In this document: positions 1-9,481 of the stretch, in pieces
How positions within the stretch are numbered: the first letter of the stretch is position 1
How the letters are laid out: every line of letters begins with the position of its first letter
Assembly (NCBI GenBank): GCA_963674595.2
Contig: CAXXFV010000029.1
Span: forward strand, 64,001-128,000
Length of the DNA: 64,000 nucleotides
Direction of reading: 5' to 3'
Source: a bacterium
GTDB taxonomy: Bacteria > Zhuqueibacterota > Zhuqueibacteria > Residuimicrobiales > Krinioviventaceae
The notes under the pieces: generated by a model
Databases searched by the model: none
What the model saw: only the letters and a program-made list of their open reading frames with translations
Told to the model about the DNA's origin: nothing
Program-made: the position numbers and the translations under genes

Positions 1-335
1 GTCAAATGATTGATCTTGACGCCGATAAAGCAACCGGGAAATTGGGCGTGGCGGCCAGATTTGGAAATAGAGCGACAAGTTACATCTATATGATTGTACA
101 AATCGTATTATGTATAAATATTGTTATATTGTCAATCGTATTCTTAAAAAATGGTTGGCCTGTGTTAATAAGCCTTATTCCTTATATTATATTAATACCC
201 AAGATTTTTAAAATTATAATTCAAAATTATGATCACCCGGAATCCATAAAAATAGCAGCGCGGTTGAACGTTTTACTTCACATATTATTTTCCTTGTTAT
301 TTATTATAGGTTTAATTTTAATAATCGTTTTTTAG
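1..335 (+). CDS. UbiA/MenA-family prenyltransferase, C-terminal part (5' truncated by the window)
   Basis: DLDADKATGK Asp-rich motif followed by several hydrophobic helices. Confidence 0.75.
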   Translation, partial: QMIDLDADKATGKLGVAARFGNRATSYIYMIVQIVLCINIVILSIVFLKNGWPVLISLIPYIILIPKIFKIIIQNYDHPESIKIAARLNVLLHILFSLLFIIGLILIIVF

Positions 336-758
336 TATAAAAGACAATAGATACAAGCTTTAATATTAAGTAAAAACGGAAACAGATCAATAATAAACTG
401 AATATCCAGGCACACAAGTAACAGAAAAGTCTAAAAACACAGGTAACACTTTAACAAATAACAAAAAACTGCAATGGATTTTGCTCGCCCTGTGAATCTT
501 TCCCAGGGCGTAAATCAGGCGGTATAATTACCCCGATAAATTTAAGGTTTAATGATATGATCGCCCGAAAGTTCCTACCTCTGGCCGTAATAAAGTTTTA
601 ACGTATTATAGCTATAAATTTGGAATGTTTTATATAAAAGGGCAAAGCCCTTTCGTTAATCCGTCCAAGGGTATGAACCATTTGACGATAAAGTTTCCAT
701 CGGGGATATAATCCCGAATCCATTGGTTCCGCAAGGGATTTCAAATCCCCTGCGAGCG

Positions 759-1040
759 GTGACTGGATTCCTGCTTGCGCAGGAATGACAGGCTTCGATC
801 ACATTGTGTCCTTTGTGTGTTCTTTGTGTTCATTGTGGTAAAAAGATAACCATTAAAAAAAACCACAGCACAGAGCCGAAGGGTGACCGGATTCCTGCTC
901 TCGCAGGAATGACAGGTTTTGATCACATTGTGTCCTTTGTGTGTTCTTTGTGTTCATTGTGGTAAAAAGATAACCATTTAAAAAGCCTCAGCACAGAGCC
1001 GAAGGGTGACTGGATTCCTGCTTGCGCAGGAATGACAGGT
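759..1040. repeat. Tandem array (~124-bp period, about 2.3 units) of the GGATTCCTGC..GCAGGAATGAC palindrome plus the CTTTGTG-rich module
   Basis: Units start at ~759, ~883 and ~1006. Confidence 0.85.
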
Positions 1041-1144
1041 TTAGAATCCTCAGCGGTCCTCAGCGTTCTCTGCGCCTCTGCGTTTAAAGCATTTCTAAAT
1101 AGAACCACACCTTCCCCTCTCCCCCATTTTCCCGTATAAATAGC

Positions 1145-1173
1145 TTGCGCTAGTTCTGTATAATTTGTAATAT
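1145..1173 (+). promoter_or_regulatory. Repeated sigma70-like promoter, upstream of the DEAD helicase
   Basis: TTGCGC-17-TAATAT. Confidence 0.7.
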
Positions 1174-1295
1174 TCATGTGCCGCCATCTTTTAGGATCAG
1201 GTTATAACATTTACAGTCCAATTGATGACGCGGTGAAAATGAGCATCAAAAAACCAAAGAACAAAATTCTATATCTATAAAACAACGAGGTCCGA

Positions 1296-2759
1296 GTGAC
1301 AGATTCAAACAACAATGAAAATAAAGAACAACAGGAAAAACCGCCCGAGATAACGATCGAACAACTCCCCCCGGAACTGCGTGAAGCAGCAGGGCGCATA
1401 AAATGGTCAACCCTCACTCCTGTTCAGGCCCAGTCGATTCCACCCCTGCTTGAGAAAAAGAACATGATGATTCAGGCACGCACGGGCAGCGGCAAAACAG
1501 GGGCTTTTCTTCTCCCTATGCTCAAGGGGCTCGACGCGGAACAGAAGGTCTGCCAGGCCCTCATCCTGGTGCCGACCCGGGAGCTTGCGTCGCAGGTATG
1601 GCAGGAGGCCCAAATTCTATTCGGCGAAAACAGCTTGACGTGCACCGCTGTTTATGGCGGCGTGGGTTACGGCCAACAGATAGAGGCGTTGAAAAAAGGC
1701 GCCCAGATTGTTGTAGGAACTCCCGGCCGGGTGTTGGACCACTTGCTCAAACGTACCATGGATTTAAAACATTTAAAAGTGCTGATTTTTGATGAAGCGG
1801 ACCACATGTTGTCCATGGGGTTTTATCCTGATATGAAAAAACTCCAGACTCATTTGCCGAAACGCAAAATTCACACCTGCATGTTTTCAGCAACCTTTCC
1901 GTCTTTTGTAATGAGCGTTGCAAATCAGTTTATCCGCAACCCGGAATTCCTCAGTCTAAGCAGCGAACAGGTCCATGTTGCAGAGACGCAGCATGTTTAT
2001 TATATGGTTCCGGCAATGGACAAGGATCGCGGTCTGGTTCGTATTATCGAGGTGGAAAATCCGGCATCTGCTATTATTTTTTGCAACACCAAAGCCAACG
2101 TGGAATTTGTAACCATTGTGCTGCAACGTTTTGGTTATGATGCGGACGGCTTGACGTCCGACCTGACGCAACAAGCCCGCGAGCGGGTCTTGCAGCGTCT
2201 GCGAAAGGGCACACTGCGCTTTCTGGTGGCAACCGATGTCGCGGCCCGCGGCCTCGATATTCCGGAACTCTCCCATGTCATTCAATACGAAGCATCCGAT
2301 GACCTGGAGAGTTATATTCACCGGTCGGGCAGAACCGGACGCGCGGGGGCCAGCGGCACGGCAATAACCCTGGTGAGCCGATCTGAAATGCGGCTCATAA
2401 TTCGTATAGCAAACAAATATGACATTCCCCTGCAAGAGTGGCGCTTGCCTACAGACGATGACGTTGCAAAAATTGTCGCCCAGCGCCTGACCGCGCTTTT
2501 AGAGGCAAGACTCAGGGAACGCGATAAACTGCAAACGGAACGCAGTCTCAGGTTTTTGCCGCTCGCCAGGTCGCTTGCGGAAAATGAGGACGAGTCGGCG
2601 ATCATTACAATGCTTCTGGACGATTATTATCAGGAACAAATGCATGCCCCGCTGGTGCCGCTACAGGACATTCAACCGGCAGAAACAACATCGAATAAAA
2701 CCGGTCAGGGTCCGCGCAATAAAAAATACAGGCGCTATCGCCGCAAACCGAATCAATAG
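1296..2759 (+). CDS. DEAD-box ATP-dependent RNA helicase
   Basis: Q motif (TPVQ), ARTGSGKT, PTRELA, GG, TPGR, DEAD, SAT, ARGLD and HRSGRTGR motifs; basic C-terminal tail. Confidence 0.97.
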   Translation: MTDSNNNENKEQQEKPPEITIEQLPPELREAAGRIKWSTLTPVQAQSIPPLLEKKNMMIQARTGSGKTGAFLLPMLKGLDAEQKVCQALILVPTRELASQVWQEAQILFGENSLTCTAVYGGVGYGQQIEALKKGAQIVVGTPGRVLDHLLKRTMDLKHLKVLIFDEADHMLSMGFYPDMKKLQTHLPKRKIHTCMFSATFPSFVMSVANQFIRNPEFLSLSSEQVHVAETQHVYYMVPAMDKDRGLVRIIEVENPASAIIFCNTKANVEFVTIVLQRFGYDADGLTSDLTQQARERVLQRLRKGTLRFLVATDVAARGLDIPELSHVIQYEASDDLESYIHRSGRTGRAGASGTAITLVSRSEMRLIIRIANKYDIPLQEWRLPTDDDVAKIVAQRLTALLEARLRERDKLQTERSLRFLPLARSLAENEDESAIITMLLDDYYQEQMHAPLVPLQDIQPAETTSNKTGQGPRNKKYRRYRRKPNQ

Positions 2760-3229
2760 GTTCATGGCGTATGGAAAAGGAATTACCGGCTTGTTATGTT
2801 AAATAAGGAACATGCAAAGCCGTAGGGACCTGAGATGTCAAACTGCCCGGCCTTTCGACTCCGCTCAAGGCCCGGACTCTGTGGACGTTGAGCGAAGCCG
2901 AAGGGTGGCCTCATCCTGAGCGGAGTCGAAGGGTGACTGGATTCCTGCTTTCGCAGGAATGACGGGTTTCGATCACATTGTGTCCTTTGTGTATTCTTTG
3001 TGTCCGTTGTGGTAAAAAGATAACCATTTAAAAGTGATTCAATGCAGAGGTTGCAAAGGCGCGCAGAGGGAACCGGAAATTGCCCATCCTTAAAGCGGAC
3101 GCTGCCCGGCCTTTCGACTCCGTTCAAGGACCGGATTTTGCGGACGCTGAACGGAACCGAAGCGGGTGAACAGGGTAAAGCCCATTTTTATCTAGTATCC
3201 TGGAGAAAATTTTTAAGATGATCAAACCA

Positions 3230-3259
3230 TGTAGGGGTTAAAAATTTTTAACCCCTACA
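3230..3259. repeat. GTAG-footed REP palindrome TGTAGGGGTTAAAAATTTTTAACCCCTACA
   Basis: Perfect 30-bp palindrome; further copies at ~8112, ~52366, ~54472 and ~57005. Confidence 0.85.
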
Positions 3260-3320
3260 CATATCAATTGATCGCCCAAAGATTTCCGGGGCGAGCAAAA
3301 ATTAAAGGAAAGTAGCACAA

Positions 3321-4127
3321 ATGAATAAACGAATACTTTTTGTATTGATAGTGTGTTGTATGTTTTCATCTTTGTTGAATTCAATAAAAGCGCAAACGAA
3401 CTGCACATATTATTCAAAGAACAATTGTGATCAGGATCAGATTCTTGAATTACTTGATAGCTGTCCTTGTATTTATGATATAGATACAATCAAAGAATTT
3501 ATTATTAGATTATCAATTCCCGAAATAGAATTACCAAACTCTCTATTTGAAAATTCAATCGTTAGTAAAGTAATTATTGAAGAAAGTGGAGAAATAAATG
3601 CAATTTTATTAAGTAAATCAATCAATTCAAATGCAGATAGTCTACTTGTAAATTCAATATTAGAATCAAAATTTACTCAATATAAAGATACATCATATAC
3701 AAATACTAACTATTGTATTGCATTACCATATCATATACGAAACGGAAAAATCTTTTCATCCATTTATAGTCCAATAGATATAGTTCCATCACAAATGAAA
3801 AGATTAAAAGTAAATAGAAAAACATTTACCCAAACACAACTACCTGATGATACTCCACCTAAACCGATTGACGGTTTTGATGCTATTAAAAGAAATATTG
3901 AATATCCAATATCAGAAAGAGCAGCAGGAATTCAGGGAAAAGTTGTTATAAGAGTTGTTGTTGATGATATGGGAAATATAAGTTCATATCAAGTTTTAAA
4001 ATCTCCATCAAAGAAATTAGCAAAAGCTGCATACAAGGCAATTAAATCTGTAAAGTGGGTACCAGCAAAGCAGAATGGAAAGCCCATATCTGTGTGGGTA
4101 ACAATACCAATTTATTTTAAATTATAA
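3321..4127 (+). CDS. Energy transducer TonB C-terminal domain protein
   Basis: Signal peptide; C-terminal YP..ERAAGIQGKV...WVPAKQNGKPISVWVTIPIYFKL; very AT-rich. Confidence 0.85.
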   Translation: MNKRILFVLIVCCMFSSLLNSIKAQTNCTYYSKNNCDQDQILELLDSCPCIYDIDTIKEFIIRLSIPEIELPNSLFENSIVSKVIIEESGEINAILLSKSINSNADSLLVNSILESKFTQYKDTSYTNTNYCIALPYHIRNGKIFSSIYSPIDIVPSQMKRLKVNRKTFTQTQLPDDTPPKPIDGFDAIKRNIEYPISERAAGIQGKVVIRVVVDDMGNISSYQVLKSPSKKLAKAAYKAIKSVKWVPAKQNGKPISVWVTIPIYFKL

Positions 4128-4521
4128 TTGTTTAAAATATTGTTCACCTTGGGAATGTTTCCTGTGGCGCCAATCAGGCAAGGTATGTACACCGTTAAAT
4201 TTAAGGTTTTATAATTAATATGGACCCGTTATTTAAGAACGGATCAGGGCAATATGCCCTGTTTTATTTTACGGCCCGGAAAAGGAGTTCCGGGGCGAGC
4301 ATGGTTTTGCCGCACCATTGAGTATTTAATATATAAATAAATTCAGAGCCGTGTCACCCTGAGCGAAGTCGAAGGGTGACTGGATTCCTGCTTTCGCAGG
4401 AATGACGGGTTTTAAGCCCTTTGTGTGCTCTGTGACCTCTGTGAGAAAATATCCCTTCCCCATTTGCGTTTAAAGCATTTCTAAAAAAAATCACACCTTC
4501 CCCCATCTTTTTAAAAATCAT

Positions 4522-4550
4522 TTGCGCTAATACTGAATAATTTGTATTAT
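4522..4550 (+). promoter_or_regulatory. Repeated sigma70-like promoter, upstream of the first LVIVD gene
   Basis: TTGCGC-17-TATTAT followed by the conserved leader. Confidence 0.7.
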
Positions 4551-4916
4551 TCATTTATCAGCCACAAAAGACTATTTTCAGGACGATTGGATCGCGCATG
4601 GGAGTTCCTGATGTTCTTTTACTGGTTTTCCACTATCTATAAAAACGGGATTTAAAAGCATACACGAGGAAAAGATTGCGTCGGAGTCCATAGTACACTC
4701 TTGTTACTCCATGGTGTTAATTATTGGATCAGGTATGGTTTATTGAAAATAACAGGATGTCGGTTCTGCCAACCCACTCTGAAAAATATATAAAAAAAAA
4801 TTTCAATGGTGTGTTAAAAATCCATCCGAAAATCAGGAATTTAAAATCATAAAACAAGGGATCAAAAATATAAACTTGTAACTATCCGATTTATTATATA
4901 AAACAAGGAGAAAAGC

Positions 4917-7049
4917 TTGAAAAAGACATTTATTGTTCTATTTATTTATTTTTTAATTGCTCCACTATATAGTCAGGATGGCGATTTACAGCTTTTAAAC
5001 CATTGGCCGGATGGGCCTTGTTTCGCTGTTGCTAAATACAACGATATGATTTTAATAGGTAACGGAGCTTCATTAGACATTTTAGAAATTGACGATTCTC
5101 AACAAGTAAAATGTATCGGTAGAATGACAACACCGGGCGTTATTAAGAATATTGAAATTGCGGGGCAGTTTGCTTATGTCGCTGATTATGCTTCAGGGTT
5201 ACGGATCATATCGCTTGAAAATCCGCAAACGCCATTTGAAATCGGATTTTACAAGAGTTCCTGCAGGATAAATGATGTTGCAATTAAGGGAAATTATGCC
5301 TTTTTAGGCAGCGAATCGTTTGGTGTTAGAGTACTTGATATTAGCGACCCAGCTTCCCCAAAACAGGTTTCTACTTTTGAAACAGGGCAAACGTCGATGA
5401 ACACGTTAGAGATCGTTGGGGATTTTTTATATATTGCAGATGGTTTTTCCGGGATGAAAATATTTAATATTTCCAATCCGCTGTCTCTAACCCTGGTAAA
5501 AGAGTTTGCCACGCAACACAAAGCCATGGATATTTTCATTCAAGGGGATTATGCCTTTGTTGCCGATTATTTTAAAGGACTGCGAATTATAAATATAAAC
5601 GATCCGGCAAACCCTGAAGAAATTGGATTTTATGAAAAGAGTGAAATAATGACTTGGGGTGTTTCTGTATTTGGACACTATGCTTATCTGGCAAATTCTT
5701 ATAAAGGTATTTCTGTTTTAGATATTACAGATTTGCAAAATCCGGTAGAAATTGCAACTGCCGATACACCACATTTTGCTTATAACCTGGTTGTTGATGG
5801 ACAATATATATATGTTGCTGACTGGGATTCCGGTTTGAATATTTTTGAGGCTGGTGATTCTATCGGCTCCGCTCCTGTAGCCTCCTTTGCAACAAGCGGA
5901 CAAGTTGAAGATATAGTTGTTGAAAACGATATTGCATTTGTTGCCTATGGATATTCAGGATTACATATTATTGATGTCAGCAATCCATTTAATCTACAAG
6001 AACTATGTCGCGTGAAATTCCCGGTGCCTGTAACTCATGTGCAGGTGCAGGATAAACATGTTTTTGTTTCAAATTCAAATGGACTTTATATATATGACAT
6101 ATCCAATCCCAATAGTCCCAATGAAATTGGATGGATTGAGGCAAATTGTAATAATTTTACTATCAACAACAATCTTGTTTATCTATATAACGAGGGAGCC
6201 GGTCTTGAAATTTATGATATTTCCGATATAAATAGCCCTGTTTTTATTGCAGGCTATCCGATTAATGGATATTGGTGCCATGACATTAAATACCTTAATG
6301 GTCTCGTCCTGTTGTCCATAGGAGCACCTCCAAATTCCGGGCTGCATACGATTGATGTGCGCGATATTCACAATCCCACACTTTTGGATTTTTGGGACAT
6401 ATGTTATTACACAATCAGTATTTGGAATAATTCGGCTTATTTGTTAACGGCAAGCACACCCTCCAACTCTTTATATCGTCTTGATGCAAGCAATCCCGAT
6501 GCCTTAGAGAAATCCTGGGTATTTGAATGCGTGGGATCAGATTTTTTCATCAAAGATGATCTGGCCTACTTTACAAAGCGCGATATATATATATTTGATA
6601 TGAATCAGCCTGATGGACAACCAAATGAAATAGGATACTTGCCTGATTTATGGTACAATTCAAATGAGATTTATGTTGATGAAAGTCATGTTTATGTAAA
6701 TGATCAAAATGCTGGTTTTTTTATTTTTGACCATAGTACGATCAGTTGGGTACAAAAAGAGACCGGTCCCGAAAATTCTTGCACAATGAAAAGCTATCCA
6801 AATCCATTTAATTCCAGTGTAACAATGACTTTTCAAACAAGTAAAAGCAGTCCTGTAAATTGGGCTGTTTATAATTATATGGGACAAGAGGTTTTCAGCA
6901 AAGAATGTGGTGTTATGGCTGGGGGAATCCACCAGTTTAGATGGAATGGCGAAAACCATCATGGAACACCTGCCCCTTCAGGAGTATATTATATAAAAAT
7001 AGCGACCGACCATCAAATGGAAGTACAAAAAGTTACATTGATAAAATAA
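4917..7049 (+). CDS. Secreted LVIVD-repeat beta-propeller protein with YPNPFN/FlgD-Ig C-terminal domain
   Basis: Signal peptide; repeats of type AYVAD...GLRIIDISxP; YPNPFN...WNG...SGVYY C-terminus. Confidence 0.88.
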   Translation: MKKTFIVLFIYFLIAPLYSQDGDLQLLNHWPDGPCFAVAKYNDMILIGNGASLDILEIDDSQQVKCIGRMTTPGVIKNIEIAGQFAYVADYASGLRIISLENPQTPFEIGFYKSSCRINDVAIKGNYAFLGSESFGVRVLDISDPASPKQVSTFETGQTSMNTLEIVGDFLYIADGFSGMKIFNISNPLSLTLVKEFATQHKAMDIFIQGDYAFVADYFKGLRIININDPANPEEIGFYEKSEIMTWGVSVFGHYAYLANSYKGISVLDITDLQNPVEIATADTPHFAYNLVVDGQYIYVADWDSGLNIFEAGDSIGSAPVASFATSGQVEDIVVENDIAFVAYGYSGLHIIDVSNPFNLQELCRVKFPVPVTHVQVQDKHVFVSNSNGLYIYDISNPNSPNEIGWIEANCNNFTINNNLVYLYNEGAGLEIYDISDINSPVFIAGYPINGYWCHDIKYLNGLVLLSIGAPPNSGLHTIDVRDIHNPTLLDFWDICYYTISIWNNSAYLLTASTPSNSLYRLDASNPDALEKSWVFECVGSDFFIKDDLAYFTKRDIYIFDMNQPDGQPNEIGYLPDLWYNSNEIYVDESHVYVNDQNAGFFIFDHSTISWVQKETGPENSCTMKSYPNPFNSSVTMTFQTSKSSPVNWAVYNYMGQEVFSKECGVMAGGIHQFRWNGENHHGTPAPSGVYYIKIATDHQMEVQKVTLIK

Positions 7050-7210
7050 TTATAAACAATACGCTCGTCCCGGGATTCTACGTAAGGACGCATGAACACA
7101 AGGGCTGTGTCTTTTTACTTTATTCGAGGCAGGCGTCGAATCCAGTTTACCCAGTGGACTGACTTTACCTGTTAATTACATATAATTAATTATAACTTCC
7201 TGGAGGACTT

Positions 7211-7666
7211 TTGAATTATAAAACAAACCCGTATTACGCCAGAAAAATTTTTGCTACAATAATAGACTATGGATTATTTTTAATGGCCACTATTTTATAT
7301 ACAATGCTTATTGGGAGTCCAAATGACCAAGGCGTTTATTCTGTAAATGGGGTACCCGCTCTTATCATACCGACCCTTTGGTTTTTATATTTTATTATTA
7401 TAGAAGGAGAATACTCGAACACACTCGGACATTATTTTCTTAATTTAAAAGTAGTTCAAACAAATGGACAAAAAATTTCAATAAAACATTCCTTAAAAAG
7501 AAGATTATTGGATATTATAGATTTATTTTTTTATGGAATACCTGCACTAATTACAATTTCTAAAACGCCAAACAACCAAAGGTTAGGCGATCTTTGGGCA
7601 GAAACGCTGGTCGTCCATAAAGATGATGTCGAGCATATAAAAAAATATTTTAACAATGAAAAATAA
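7211..7666 (+). CDS. RDD family membrane protein
   Basis: R..A.IID, TLG...LKVV and QRLGDLWAET motifs. Confidence 0.88.
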   Translation: MNYKTNPYYARKIFATIIDYGLFLMATILYTMLIGSPNDQGVYSVNGVPALIIPTLWFLYFIIIEGEYSNTLGHYFLNLKVVQTNGQKISIKHSLKRRLLDIIDLFFYGIPALITISKTPNNQRLGDLWAETLVVHKDDVEHIKKYFNNEK

Positions 7667-7753
7667 TTATCTTGTAATAAATGTGTAATAATGCCAACCA
7701 GATTAATTCACAGGTCGAAACAATGTCATCTTGGGCGGAGCTAATGAGAACGT

Positions 7754-8576
7754 TGCCCGGCCTTTCGACTCCGCTCAAAGCCCGGACTCTGTGGACGTTG
7801 AGCGAAGCCGAAGGGTGGCTGGATTCCTGCTTTCGCAGGAATGACGGGTTTCGATCACATTGTGTCCTTTGTGTATTCTTTGTGTCCGTTGTGGTAAAAA
7901 GATAACCATTTAAAAGTGATTCAATGCAGAGGTTGCAAAGGCGCGCAGAGGGAACCGAAATTTGCCCATCCTTAAAGCGGACGCTGCCCGGCCTTTCGAC
8001 TCCGCTCAAGGACCGGACTTTGCGGACGCTGAACGGAATCGAAGCGGGTGAACAGGGTAAAGCCCATTTTTATCTAGTATCCCGGAAAAAATTTTTAAGA
8101 TGATCAAACCATGCAGGGGTTAAAAATCTTTAACCGCTACACATATCAACTGAACGCCCAAAGATTTTGCTGACGCTGCAACTTCCTGTGGCGCACATCA
8201 GGCAAGGTATGTACACCGTTAAATTTAAGGTTTTATAATTAATATGGACCCGTTATTTAAGAACGGATCAGGGCAATATGCCCTGTTTTATTTTACGGCC
8301 CGGAAAAGGAGTTCCGGGGCGAGCATGGTTTTGCCGCACCATTGAGTATTTAATATATAAATAAATTCAGAGCCGTGTCACCCTAAGCGGAGTCGAAGGG
8401 TGACTGGATTCCTGCTTTCGCAGGAATGACGGGTTTTAAGCCCTTTGTGTGCTCTGTGACCTCTGTGAGAAAATATCCCTTCCCCATTTGCGTTTAAAGC
8501 ATTTCTAAAAAAAAATCATACCTTCTCCCCATCTTTTTAAAAACCATTTGCGCTGGTTCTGTAGAATTTGTATTAT
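7754..8576 (+). repeat. Composite REP module, copy 2 (uninterrupted, ~820 bp)
   Basis: Near-identical to the two halves flanking tonB. Confidence 0.9.
8548..8576 (+). promoter_or_regulatory. Repeated sigma70-like promoter, upstream of dut
   Basis: TTGCGC-17-TATTAT. Confidence 0.7.
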
Positions 8577-8642
8577 GCATACTGTGAAATAAACAGTGCC
8601 TTTTGTGTTACATCTTAAAAACAAGGAAAAGAGAATTTTATC

Positions 8643-9077
8643 ATGCAAGTAAATATCAAAAATAATTCAAAACATCCATTGCCCCACTACTCAACCGAAC
8701 ATTCTGCCGGACTGGACCTGCGTGCAAATATCGACGAGCCCATCGTATTAAATCCCCTGGAGAGAGCGTTGGTCCCAACCGGACTGTTTATTGAGCTTCC
8801 CGAGGGATATGAAGCGCAAATTCGTCCCCGAAGCGGTTTGGCTTATAAACATGGATTATCTATATTAAATGCACCGGGAACAATCGATGCTGATTATCGG
8901 GGCGAGATTAAGGCGCTGTTGGTTAATTTGTCCAATGAACCATTCACCATACACGATGGCGATAGAGTCTGCCAAATGGTCATTGCAGCATACACAAAGG
9001 TTGATTTGATAAAAGTAGAGGAATTATCTGAAACGGTCAGGGGAGCCGGTGGATTCGGACATACCGGAAAAAAATAA
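8643..9077 (+). CDS. dut: dUTP diphosphatase
   Basis: [19 protein letters not shown] and [10 protein letters not shown] motifs. Confidence 0.97.
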   Translation: MQVNIKNNSKHPLPHYSTEHSAGLDLRANIDEPIVLNPLERALVPTGLFIELPEGYEAQIRPRSGLAYKHGLSILNAPGTIDADYRGEIKALLVNLSNEPFTIHDGDRVCQMVIAAYTKVDLIKVEELSETVRGAGGFGHTGKK

Positions 9078-9252
9078 CTATTTAAAACCGATTTAACAGA
9101 GATCACAAAGGCGTCACCCTGAGCGGCCTTTCGACTCCGCTCAAGGACCGAGTCGAAGCGGGAGCAGGAATGACAGGTTTCGAACGCTGCGTTTAAAGCA
9201 GTTCCGAAAAGAACCCCACCTTACCCACTCCCCTATTTTTCTTAAAAATCAT

Positions 9253-9281
9253 TTGCACCGGTTTTATTTAATTTGTATTAT
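9253..9281 (+). promoter_or_regulatory. Repeated sigma70-like promoter, upstream of hsdRSM
   Basis: TTGCAC-17-TATTAT followed by the conserved leader. Confidence 0.7.
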
Positions 9282-9481
9282 TCTTTTGATAGCCATATTA
9301 GACTTTTCAGGACAATTGGGGCGTGCATGGGAGTCCCTGATGTCCTTTTGCAGGTTTTCCATGATTATTAAAAACGGGATTTAATTACAAAATATATTGT
9401 ATTTATATTATTTACAAAACATTACCGAATTATGCTATGTGTTTAAATAATGATCTAAAATAAAATGAATGTGCATTAAAA

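Larger units (their letters stand above)
2844..4550 (+). repeat. Composite REP module, copy 1, interrupted by tonB
   Basis: 2844-3285 matches 7754-8167 and 4158-4550 matches 8183-8576. Confidence 0.9.

Noticed and set aside
741-1177. Short ORFs in the repeat mosaics (also 2783-3127, 4354-4554, 7650-8009, 18098-18301, 40696-40896, 43785-44003, 59493-60159)
   Set aside because: They are translations of palindromic repeats (RHSCESRNP, SFLRKQESS), with no RBS and no conserved frame.
2777-2804. Exact XerD arm TTATGTTAAAT (2794-2804), a possible dif or pdif site
   Set aside because: The upstream 17 bp (AAGGAATTACCGGCTTG) does not resemble a XerC arm plus spacer, and I saw no second copy.
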